Translations under genes and position numbers: made by a program
The notes under the pieces: generated by a model
What the model saw: only the letters and a program-made list of their open reading frames with translations
The model's database searches: none
Told to the model about the DNA's origin: nothing
Part shown: one piece after another, positions 7,771 through 16,148 of the stretch
Position numbering within the stretch: position 1 is the stretch's first letter
Layout: each line of letters opens with the position of its first letter
NCBI GenBank assembly: GCA_964510285.1
Contig: CAZEAM010000373.1
Span: forward strand, 1-41,634
Direction of reading: 5' to 3'
DNA from: an uncultured Frankiaceae bacterium
GTDB lineage: Bacteria; Actinomycetota; Actinomycetes; JAFAQI01
DNA: 41,634 nucleotides

Positions 7771-9542
7771 CCCGCGACGGCGACGGATACGCCCCGATCG
7801 AGTCCTACGCCGCCATCGGCGACGGGCGCTCGGTCGCGCTGGTCAGCACCGACGGCCGGATCGACTGGTGGCCGGTGCCGGCGCTCGACGCCGCGCCCAC
7901 CTTCGCGGCCCTCCTCGATCCGGTTCGCGGCGGCTACATCGCACTCGAACCCGTGCAGCCCTACGAAACGACCCGCCGGTACCTGCCCGACACCAACGTC
8001 GTCGAGACGACGTTCACCACCGAGTCCGGCGAGGTGCGGATCACCGACTGCCTGCCCTACGGCCGCTCCGGCCGGCTGGCTTGGAGCGAGCTCGCCCGGC
8101 GCATCGAAGGGGTCACGGGCGAGGTCGAGATGCGATGGGAGGTCGTCCCCGGGACCCAGCTCGCCAGCGCCGAGCCGTGGATCGCCGAACGTCAGGACGC
8201 GCTGATCATCCGGGTCAGTGAGGACCAGCTCGTGCTGCGCCACTTCGACGTCGGCACGCCGACCTGCGACGGGCACCGCGCCTCGGCGACGTTCACCGCG
8301 GTCCCCGGTCACACCGCCCTGCTCGCCGTGATCGGCACCACCGACGCACCCGTCTTCCTCGCCGACCGCAAGGAGCTCGACGGCCATTTCCCGATCACCG
8401 AACGCCGCTGGCAGGAGTGGGCGTCGGCGATCGACTACGCCGGCCCGTGGGAGGAGGCGGTCCGCCGCTCCGCGCTCGCGTTGCGGATGCTGCAGTACGT
8501 GCCGACCGGTGCGGTGGCTGCAGCCCCGACCACCTCCTTGCCGGAGGTGGTCGGCGGCGAGAAGAACTGGGACTACCGGTTCATGTGGGTGCGCGACTGC
8601 GCGTTCACGATCGACGCGTTCCTGGCGTTGCGCCTGCACGACGAGGCGCAGGCCGCCGTCCAATGGATGCTCGGCGCGCTGCGCCGTACCGAGCCCAGCC
8701 TGCACGTGTTCTACCGGCTCGACGGCTCACCGTCCGACGGCACGATCGATCTTCCCGACGTACCGGGGTACCGGCACAGCGCTCCGGTGCGGTCGGGAAA
8801 CCTCGCGGCGAGCCAGCAACAGCTCGGAACGTTCGGTGACCTGTTCGACATGATCTGGCAGTACGTCGACGATGGGCACTGCCTCGATCCGAAGACCGCC
8901 CGGCTGCTCACCGAGTTCGCCGACCGATGCTGTGACATCTGGCGGCGCAAGGACTCCGGAATCTGGGAGCTGTCCACCGAGCGGCACTACACGATCTCCA
9001 AGATCGGCTGCTGGACCGCGCTCGACCGTGCCGTCCGGCTGCACGATGCGGGCCAGATCCCGAGTGACCACATCGGCCGCTGGAAGTACGAACGCGACGC
9101 CATCCGGGCCTGGGTGGACGAGCACTGCTGGTCACCGGAGCGATCCTGCTACACCGGCTTCGCCGGCGGCGACGGCCTCGACGCCGCCACGTTGCTGATG
9201 GCGCGTACCGGCTTCGACCGCGGCGAGCGCCTCGCCGGCACGGTGGCGGCAATCCGCAAGGAGCTGTGCGACGGCCCGGTCGTGCGCCGCTACAGCGGCA
9301 CGGACGACGGCGGCGGGTTCATCGCGTGCAGCTTCTGGCTGGTGCACGCCCTCGTGCTGCTCGGCGATCTGGAGGAGGCCCGGATGCTGATGGACGAGGC
9401 CGTCGCGTTGACCAACGATGTCGGCCTGCTCGCCGAGATGATGGACGCGTCGACCGGGACGATGCTGGGCAACTTCCCGCAAGGGCTCAGTCACCTCGCG
9501 CTGATCAACGCGGCATGCGCTTACAGCCGCGCCGCCGGCTGA
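7767..9542 (+). CDS. Glycoside hydrolase family 15 (glucoamylase/trehalase-like)
   Basis: GTG at 7767 overlaps the SDR stop (GTGA). Motifs: YAPIESYAAIGDGRSVALVSTDGRIDWW, EKNWDYRFMWVRDCAF. C-terminal (alpha/alpha)6-type motifs end in GNFPQGLSHLALINAA. Confidence 0.9.
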   Translation: MTRDGDGYAPIESYAAIGDGRSVALVSTDGRIDWWPVPALDAAPTFAALLDPVRGGYIALEPVQPYETTRRYLPDTNVVETTFTTESGEVRITDCLPYGRSGRLAWSELARRIEGVTGEVEMRWEVVPGTQLASAEPWIAERQDALIIRVSEDQLVLRHFDVGTPTCDGHRASATFTAVPGHTALLAVIGTTDAPVFLADRKELDGHFPITERRWQEWASAIDYAGPWEEAVRRSALALRMLQYVPTGAVAAAPTTSLPEVVGGEKNWDYRFMWVRDCAFTIDAFLALRLHDEAQAAVQWMLGALRRTEPSLHVFYRLDGSPSDGTIDLPDVPGYRHSAPVRSGNLAASQQQLGTFGDLFDMIWQYVDDGHCLDPKTARLLTEFADRCCDIWRRKDSGIWELSTERHYTISKIGCWTALDRAVRLHDAGQIPSDHIGRWKYERDAIRAWVDEHCWSPERSCYTGFAGGDGLDAATLLMARTGFDRGERLAGTVAAIRKELCDGPVVRRYSGTDDGGGFIACSFWLVHALVLLGDLEEARMLMDEAVALTNDVGLLAEMMDASTGTMLGNFPQGLSHLALINAACAYSRAAG

Positions 9543-10255
9543 CTGCGGGCCGAGAGCATCGTGCGTAGCCGGCGAGCGTCCCTGACCGCTGCGCCTCCCG
9601 GATCGTTGTTGGCATAGACGTAGCCGGTCGCGGCCGGGCCGAGCTCGGTGACCCATCGCGCGAGGTCGCGGTCGTCGTATCCCCAGTCCACGCGGCCGTG
9701 GTGAAGCCGCAGGTAGGTCCAGTCCGCGGTGCGCCACAGCGGGCCCAGGCTGCGTCCGCCCCGATCCGCCCACACCATCGCCGCCCCGCGGTCGGTGAGC
9801 ATCCGGCGCAGGTCCTCGGTGAACCACGACTCGTGCCGGGGTTCGACCGCGACGCGCACGTCGGGCGGGAAAGCGGCCAACGTCTGGTCGAGCCGGCCCA
9901 GCTCCGCCTGCAGGTCCGGTGGCAGCTGCACGAGCACCGGCCCCAGCAGGCCGCGGCTGCGCAGTGGCGAGAGCACCCCCATCAGGCGTTGCACCGGCTC
10001 GGCCGGCTCGCGCAAGCGCTTGATGTGCGTCAGGTAGCGGCTGGCCTTCATCGCCATGACGAAGCCGTCCGGCACGGTCTCGGCCCAGCGCTGCACCGTG
10101 TCGAGCTTGGGCAGCCGGTAGAAGCTCGAGTTGACCTCAACGGTGTCGAAGGACTCGGCGTACGCCGACAGCCACAGCCGTTGCGGGAGCTTCGGAGGGT
10201 AGAAGCCGCCGCGCCAGTCGGCGTACTGCCATCCGCTGGTCCCGACCCGGATCAC
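9521..10255 (-). CDS. DUF72 family protein
   Basis: GTG at 10255 overlaps the upstream stop (GTGA). The N-terminus VIRVGTSGWQYADWRGGFYP is the DUF72 hallmark. The rest of the 334-aa track ORF is shadow. Confidence 0.85.
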   Translation of the reverse strand: MIRVGTSGWQYADWRGGFYPPKLPQRLWLSAYAESFDTVEVNSSFYRLPKLDTVQRWAETVPDGFVMAMKASRYLTHIKRLREPAEPVQRLMGVLSPLRSRGLLGPVLVQLPPDLQAELGRLDQTLAAFPPDVRVAVEPRHESWFTEDLRRMLTDRGAAMVWADRGGRSLGPLWRTADWTYLRLHHGRVDWGYDDRDLARWVTELGPAATGYVYANNDPGGAAVRDARRLRTMLSARSQPAARL

Positions 10256-11355
10256 TTCGAGCGCAACCGTTGCGCATCGGGGCGCAGGGCCAAGCCGTGA
10301 CCCGGCGCGTCGACGGGTCGCAGCCGCCCGTCGCGCGCGGCGACCGCGTCGAAGAGCAGTTCCTCCTCGATCCGGGTGTGGTCGTGGAAGTACTCGATGT
10401 GCCGGAGGTTGGGCAGCACACCCACGAACGACGCGTGCAGATGCGGCGCGCAGTGTGCCGACACAGCGAGCCCGTGCGCCGCCGCGACCGCCGCCGCCCG
10501 CAGGAAGTCGGTGATCCCCCCGCACCGCGTGACATCGATCTGCAGACAGTCGACGGCACCCGCCGAGACCATCCGCTCGAAGTAGGCCAGGTCGTAGCCG
10601 TACTCGCCGGCCGCCACGTCCGCGATGATTCCGTGGCGGACCTCCCGCAGCCCGGCCAGGTCGTCGGAAGAGACCGGCTCTTCGAACCAGCTGACCCCGA
10701 GGTCGTCGAAGCGGCGACCGAGCCGGATCGCCTGTCCGACGGTGTAGGCGCCGTTGGCGTCGACGAACACCTCATGCCCGGCGCCGACCAGGCCGCGCAC
10801 CAGCTCGACCCGTGAGAGGTCCCGCTCCGGTCGGGAGCCCCACGACTCGCCGACCTTGATCTTCACCGCAGCCACCCCGCATCGCTCCAGCCAGTCGCAG
10901 ACCTGCTCGGTGGTCTGCCGGTCGTCGTACGTCGTGAAGCCACCGCTTCCGTACACCATCACCGGCGCATCCGGGCCGCCGAGCTCGCGATGTAGCGGCA
11001 GGTCGTGCAGCCTCGCGTGCAGGTCCCACAACGCGACGTCGACGGCGGAGATCGCGGTCGCCGCCACCCCCGGCCGTCCCGCGTTGCGGACCGCCCGCGC
11101 CATCGCTTCGATGGCGCCGCGCGGGTCGGTCGCGGAGCGGCCGGCAACGGCGTCGGCCAGCATGTCGTCGATCAGACGAGCCGCCGCCCCTGCCGCGTAG
11201 GTCCACCCGAGACCCTGCCGGCCGCCGGCCCGCACCGTGACGGTCACGACCGTCGTCTTGTCCCAGCTCAACGTCCCGTCGCCCTCCGGCGCGTCGGTGG
11301 GGACCTCGTAGACCGCGGCCTCGACCGAATCGATCCGCGGGTCGCTGCCGGTCAT
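10252..11355 (-). CDS. Enolase-superfamily enzyme (mandelate racemase / acid-sugar dehydratase-like)
   Basis: 367 aa. Motifs: AVKIKVG (KxK), VFVDANGAY, WFEEP, DVAAGE (metal ligands), CLQIDVTRCGGIT. Confidence 0.9.
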   Translation of the reverse strand: MTGSDPRIDSVEAAVYEVPTDAPEGDGTLSWDKTTVVTVTVRAGGRQGLGWTYAAGAAARLIDDMLADAVAGRSATDPRGAIEAMARAVRNAGRPGVAATAISAVDVALWDLHARLHDLPLHRELGGPDAPVMVYGSGGFTTYDDRQTTEQVCDWLERCGVAAVKIKVGESWGSRPERDLSRVELVRGLVGAGHEVFVDANGAYTVGQAIRLGRRFDDLGVSWFEEPVSSDDLAGLREVRHGIIADVAAGEYGYDLAYFERMVSAGAVDCLQIDVTRCGGITDFLRAAAVAAAHGLAVSAHCAPHLHASFVGVLPNLRHIEYFHDHTRIEEELLFDAVAARDGRLRPVDAPGHGLALRPDAQRLRSK

Positions 11356-11356
11356 C

Positions 11357-13015
11357 TCACGACCCGCTCTTGGTCCCGGTTCGCTGCCCCGCGATGAGGC
11401 GGTCGGCGGCGCGGGCGGCGACCGCCATGATCGTCAGGGCCGGGTTCGCCGCGCCTTGCGTCGGGAGCACGCTGCCGTCGACGACGTACAGGTTCGGGAT
11501 CGTCCAGGCGCGCAGGTCCGCGTCGACGACACCGTCCTCGGCGCGTGCGCTCATCCGGGCTCCGCCTATGAGATGGGCGGTGCGGTCGATCGTGATGACC
11601 TCCGTCGCCCCGGCCGCCTCGAGGATGGCGACCTGCGTCGCCCGAGCGTCGTCGAGCATCGCCTTGTCGTTGTCGCAGAGGTTGTAGGAGAACCGCGCGA
11701 CCGGCAGTCCGTAGCGATCCTTCTCCTCGTCGAGGGTGACCCGGTTCTCGGCCCGCGGCAGGTACTCGCAGAGTGCGCCGAGCGTCGCCCAGTGGACGTA
11801 GTCACGCATGTACTCGCGCAGCACGCTGCCCCAGTGCCCCTGCGCGGCGACGTGCTCGGCCCAGGTGATCGGCAACGGCGAAACGGTCTGGATGCTGTAC
11901 CCCCGCCGGAACGGCTTGGCCGGGTTCGTCTCGTAGAACTGCTCGGTGGTGACCTCGGGCGGCGGCGCCTTGTACATCCGGATCTCTTCGTCGAACCGGC
12001 CCGCGGCCTGCGGCGCGCCCTGCACCATGACGTAGCGCCCGACCTGGTCGTGGTCGTTCGCCAGGCCATGCGGCCAGCGCTTGGTGGCCGAGTTCAGCAG
12101 GAGGCGCGGCGTCTCGATCGAGTAACCGCAGACCGCAACCATCCGCGCACGCTGGAAGCGCTCCCGGCCGTCCTTGAAGTACCGGACGCCGGTCACCCGG
12201 CCGGCCTCGTCGTCGACCGCGACTGCGCTGACCATGCAGTTGGCGCGGACCTCGGCGCCGTGGGCAAGGGCGTCGGGGATGTGGGTGATCAACGGTGACG
12301 CCTTCGCGTTGACCTTGCATCCCTGCAGGCAGAAGCCGCGGTAGACGCAGTGCGGGCGGTTGCCGAACCGGCCGTTGGTGATCGCCACCGGCCCCACGCG
12401 CATCTCGATGCCGAGCTTCAGCGCCCCACGCTGCCCGATCAGACCGTTGCCGCTGATCGGGTGCGCCGCATGCGGGTACCCGTGCGGGTGACCCCACGGC
12501 CAGAACTCGCCCGCGGCGGGCAGCTCCTCCTCCATCTGGCGGTAGTACGGCTCGACGTCGGCGTACGTGATCGGCCAGTCGGCGCCGACGCCGTCGGTGG
12601 AGTACGTCGTGAAGTCCGACGGGTGGAACCGCGGCACGTAGCCGGCAAAGTGCACCATCGACCCGCCGACCCCGCGACCGGAGTTGTTCGACCCGAGCAC
12701 GACCGGATCCGAGCCGTCGATCACCCGCGGCTCGGTCCAGTACAGGTGGTGGGAGCCGGCCTCGTCGCTCACCCAGTCCTGGTCCGGATCCCAGAACGGT
12801 CCGGCGTCGAAGGCGACCGCGCGCCAGCCGGCGCGGGCCAGCCGCTGCAAGAGCACCCCGCCGCCGGCACCGGCGCCGACGATCGCGATGTCGACCTCAT
12901 CGTCATCCCGGAAGCGGCGCATGTCGCGGCGAAGCTGATGGTTGACGCGGGTCCCGTCGTTGGGCAACAGCCACGCCGACTCGTTGCGCCGGCGCACCTC
13001 GGTGAGCGCACTCAT
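11357..13015 (-). CDS. GMC-family FAD oxidoreductase
   Basis: 552 aa. Contains the DIAIVGAGAGGG Rossmann motif. The C-terminal GMC signature region reads ...HLIGGARMS...NLYVVDGSVLPTQGAANP. Confidence 0.9.
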   Translation of the reverse strand: MSALTEVRRRNESAWLLPNDGTRVNHQLRRDMRRFRDDDEVDIAIVGAGAGGGVLLQRLARAGWRAVAFDAGPFWDPDQDWVSDEAGSHHLYWTEPRVIDGSDPVVLGSNNSGRGVGGSMVHFAGYVPRFHPSDFTTYSTDGVGADWPITYADVEPYYRQMEEELPAAGEFWPWGHPHGYPHAAHPISGNGLIGQRGALKLGIEMRVGPVAITNGRFGNRPHCVYRGFCLQGCKVNAKASPLITHIPDALAHGAEVRANCMVSAVAVDDEAGRVTGVRYFKDGRERFQRARMVAVCGYSIETPRLLLNSATKRWPHGLANDHDQVGRYVMVQGAPQAAGRFDEEIRMYKAPPPEVTTEQFYETNPAKPFRRGYSIQTVSPLPITWAEHVAAQGHWGSVLREYMRDYVHWATLGALCEYLPRAENRVTLDEEKDRYGLPVARFSYNLCDNDKAMLDDARATQVAILEAAGATEVITIDRTAHLIGGARMSARAEDGVVDADLRAWTIPNLYVVDGSVLPTQGAANPALTIMAVAARAADRLIAGQRTGTKSGS

Positions 13016-13830
13016 CGCGACTCGCTCAGCCGGTCTCCGACACCGTGCGGGCCCTTCTTGTGCGCGCTCTTCAGCTCCCGGGTGCGCGCCTGCGCGTGCC
13101 GGCGGCGCGCGGACTCGATCTCCTCGCCACGTCCGACCGGGTCCTCGTCGGCCTGATCGGCCACCTCCCAGGGCTCACGGGCGTCGAGACCGAGGTTCTT
13201 GTAGCCGCGCGGGTACGCCGGTCCGCCGAAGCCGATCTCGTTCCACGCCCAGGGGTGGCTGTAGAACGCCGTACAGCCGTACCGGGTCCACAGGCTCCAG
13301 ACCCGGTCCGCGCGCAGGCCGTGCCACTCGGACTGCTGGAGGTGCTGCACGGCCTGGACGAGATCGGCCTGGTCGTACCAGTCGAGCTCGGCGAACGGCC
13401 GGCCGAATGCATCGCGGGCGTCCCGGTCGAGGGCCGCGAAGCTCGCCTTGAACGCTTCCCCGTCCTCCGGCATGTCGGCGTAGTGCCAGCCGTCCGTCTG
13501 CGCCTCGGCCAGCCGCGCGTCGATCATCTCGAGCACCGAAACCCGCGGCGGGTCGCGCTGGTCCAGCAGCTGGTCGAACACCGCCCGACCGACTGCCTCC
13601 TCCTCGAGGGAGAAGAACCGCATCGGCGGGCTCGGGCCGAGCCGGGACAACACGACACCCGCCGTCACCGCATCCCAGTGGTCGACCTCGTCGAGCACGT
13701 CGAATCCGGGGAAGCGGGGCTCTATGCCGCCGATTGTCCGCCCCGCGCTCTCGACCGGACGGCGGAACAACGCGCCCGCCGCCCCGCCGGTCACGCGTTC
13801 AAGCAGCCGAGCCAGCCGGCTATCGCTCAT
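13012..13830 (-). CDS. Gluconate 2-dehydrogenase subunit 3-like protein
   Basis: 272 aa. Its stop overlaps the GMC start (ATGA). Contains the FFSLEEEAVGRAVFDQLL-type motif. This is the usual small partner of membrane-associated GMC dehydrogenases. Confidence 0.8.
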   Translation of the reverse strand: MSDSRLARLLERVTGGAAGALFRRPVESAGRTIGGIEPRFPGFDVLDEVDHWDAVTAGVVLSRLGPSPPMRFFSLEEEAVGRAVFDQLLDQRDPPRVSVLEMIDARLAEAQTDGWHYADMPEDGEAFKASFAALDRDARDAFGRPFAELDWYDQADLVQAVQHLQQSEWHGLRADRVWSLWTRYGCTAFYSHPWAWNEIGFGGPAYPRGYKNLGLDAREPWEVADQADEDPVGRGEEIESARRRHAQARTRELKSAHKKGPHGVGDRLSESR

Positions 13831-14286
13831 CTACTCGCCCTCGCGGCGCAGGATCGCGGCGAGCAACCCCATTCCCCCCACCATCGTCATGAGCAGGGGA
13901 GCGAACACCGGCGGGCCCATCTCGACGTTGTACTTCCCGAGTTGCCAGCCGCCCGGGCGTTGGCCGATGCCGCGCAGGTGCAAATAGGTGCCCTGCAGGC
14001 CGTTCGCCACGATGGCCGCCGACGTCAGCGGCAGCAACGTCTTGGCCGCGCGCTTGCTGAAGACCCCGGCGACGCCGGCGCCGAACCCGACCGGGCCGAG
14101 CGCGACGGGCCACCACATCATCGCGTTGCCGAAGCTCGCCCGATCGTGCTCGAAGTAGATCTCCGCCGCGGTGATCACCGAGCCGATCGCGGTCAGGCCC
14201 GACAACGACCGTTCGAAGCGGCCGGTCTCGATGTTGTGGACGACGCGGTCGATGCCATGAACCGTTTTGGCGGTCCTAGTTGCCAT
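13831..14286 (-). CDS. Small integral membrane protein (about 4 TM)
   Basis: 151 aa with hydrophobic segments LTAIGSVITAAEIYF, MMWWPVALGPVGFGAGVAGVF, LLPLTSAAIVANGL and PVFAPLLMTMVGGMGLLAAIL. It abuts the next gene with no gap and overlaps the upstream gene by 11 nt. Confidence 0.7.
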   Translation of the reverse strand: MATRTAKTVHGIDRVVHNIETGRFERSLSGLTAIGSVITAAEIYFEHDRASFGNAMMWWPVALGPVGFGAGVAGVFSKRAAKTLLPLTSAAIVANGLQGTYLHLRGIGQRPGGWQLGKYNVEMGPPVFAPLLMTMVGGMGLLAAILRREGE

Positions 14287-16066
14287 GACTGCCGGGAAGG
14301 AACTCTTGCGCCTTGAGCTTGACGCCTTCCTTGATCACGTCCCACCGATCGGCGTCACCGCGCACGACGGCACCGATCATGTTCTCGATCTGGTCGAGCG
14401 TGGCGTGCGGCGGGATCGGCGGCACCGCCGGGTCGGTGACGAACTCGAGCAGGCACGGGCGGTCGGCAGCGAGCGCCTTGCGCCACGCAGTGGCGATCTC
14501 GTCCGGGTTCTCGACGAGCACACCTTCGAGTCCGATGCTGCGCGCGTAGTGGGCGTACGGGAAGGACGGCAGGTGCTGTGAGGGCAGGAACTGCGGCGCG
14601 CCTTCCATCGCGCGCATCTCCCAGGTGACCTGGTTGAGGTCGTTGTTGTGGAGGACCGCAACGATGAGGCGGGGGTCGCTCCACTCCTGCCAGTACTTCG
14701 AGATCGTGATCAGCTCGTTGAGGCCGTTCATCTGCATCGCGCCGTCGCCGACGAACGCGATCGCGGGCCGACCGGGGTTGCTGAACTTCGCGCCCACCAT
14801 GTAAGGAACGCCGTTGCCCATCGTCGCGAGCGTGCCGGACAGCGAACCGCGCATCCCGGGCCGGATCTTGATGTTGCGCGCGTACCAGTTGGCCGCGGAG
14901 CCGGAGTCCGCCGACATGATGACGTTGTCGGGCAGGACCTCGGACGCTTCCGAGAAGACCCGCTGCGGGTTGATCGGGTCGGCGCTGACCATCGCGGAGC
15001 GGCTCATCACGTCCCACCAACGCGCGACGTTCTTCTCGACGTCCTGCCGCCACGACCGGTCGCTCTTGTGCTCGATCATCGGGAGCAGATGCTTCAGCGT
15101 TGGCCCGGCGCTTCCGACCAGGTTGAGCTCGTACGGGTAGCGCATGCCGATGAACCGCGAGTCGATGTCGATCTGAATCGCCCGCGCCTGGCCGAACTCC
15201 GGCAGGAACTGGGTGTACGGGAAGTTCGAGCCGATCGTGATCAACGTGTCGCACCCGGTCATCAGCTCGTACGACGGGCGGGTGCCGAGCAACCCGATCG
15301 CGCCGGTGACGAACGGCAGCTCGTCGGAGATCACGTCCTTGCCGAGGAGCGCCTTCGCGATCCCGGCACCGGTCAGCTCGGCGAGCTCGATCACCTGGTC
15401 GGCGGCGTCCCGCGCGCCTTGACCGACCAGGATCGCCACCTTGGCGCCGGCGTTGATGATCTCGGCGGCCTTCGCCAGCTCGTGCTCGGGCGGCGTGAGC
15501 GTCGGCTCGGTGATGCCGAGGCTCGACGGCACCATCTTGAACGCGTGCGTGGGCGGTGAGTACTCGAGCTCCTGCACGTCGGCCGGGACGATCACCGCGG
15601 CAACCGTGCGCTGCGTCATCGCGGTCCGGATCGCGCGATCGAGAACGTTGGGAAGCTGCTCGGGAACCGTGACCATCTGGCAGTACTCGTTGGCCACGTC
15701 CTTGAACAGGCTGAGCAGGTCGACCTCCTGCTGGTAGGACCCGCCCATCGCGCTGCGGTTGGTCTGACCCACGATCGCCACGACCGGAACGTGGTCGAGC
15801 TTCGCGTCGTACAGGCCGTTCAGCAGGTGGATCGCGCCGGGACCGGACGTCGCGGCACAGACCGCGACCTTGCCGGAGAACTTCGCGTAGCCGACCGAGG
15901 CGAAGGCGGCCATCTCCTCGTGACGCACCTGGACGAACTTCGGCTGGTTCTCGGCACGTCCCCAGGCCGCCAGCAGTCCGTTGATGCCGTCACCGGCGTA
16001 TCCGAAGACGCACTCGACGCCCCACTCGCGGAGCCTGGACAGGATCTGGTCGGCGACTGTTGGCAT
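14276..16066 (-). CDS. Thiamine-diphosphate enzyme of the pyruvate oxidase / pyruvate:quinone oxidoreductase (PoxB-like) type
   Basis: ATG at 16066 (MPTVADQILSRLREWGVECVFGYAGDGINGLL). TPP motif: GDGAMQMNGLNELITISKYWQEWSDPRLIVAVLHNND. Confidence 0.9.
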   Translation of the reverse strand: MPTVADQILSRLREWGVECVFGYAGDGINGLLAAWGRAENQPKFVQVRHEEMAAFASVGYAKFSGKVAVCAATSGPGAIHLLNGLYDAKLDHVPVVAIVGQTNRSAMGGSYQQEVDLLSLFKDVANEYCQMVTVPEQLPNVLDRAIRTAMTQRTVAAVIVPADVQELEYSPPTHAFKMVPSSLGITEPTLTPPEHELAKAAEIINAGAKVAILVGQGARDAADQVIELAELTGAGIAKALLGKDVISDELPFVTGAIGLLGTRPSYELMTGCDTLITIGSNFPYTQFLPEFGQARAIQIDIDSRFIGMRYPYELNLVGSAGPTLKHLLPMIEHKSDRSWRQDVEKNVARWWDVMSRSAMVSADPINPQRVFSEASEVLPDNVIMSADSGSAANWYARNIKIRPGMRGSLSGTLATMGNGVPYMVGAKFSNPGRPAIAFVGDGAMQMNGLNELITISKYWQEWSDPRLIVAVLHNNDLNQVTWEMRAMEGAPQFLPSQHLPSFPYAHYARSIGLEGVLVENPDEIATAWRKALAADRPCLLEFVTDPAVPPIPPHATLDQIENMIGAVVRGDADRWDVIKEGVKLKAQEFLPGSHGN

Positions 16067-16148
16067 GATCGCCACATACCCGGCATTGCGGTCGCCATTC
16101 CGCGCAGCGACCAATGCGCTGCGAACGGTTGCCGCAGCTGGTGTCGAC

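Noticed and set aside
7548-8705. Long ORFs antisense or out of frame to confident genes: 7548-8705(-), 6775-7677(-), 17491-19083(-), 17058-18026(+), 18063-19160(+), 40173-41600(-), 13045-14316(+), 20315-21295(-), 15820-16749(-), and the upstream parts of 6049-7770(+) and 37551-39722(+).
   Set aside because: Their products are Arg/Pro/Gly/Ala-rich low-complexity sequences typical of shadow frames in high-GC DNA. Each fully overlaps a gene with clear family motifs.
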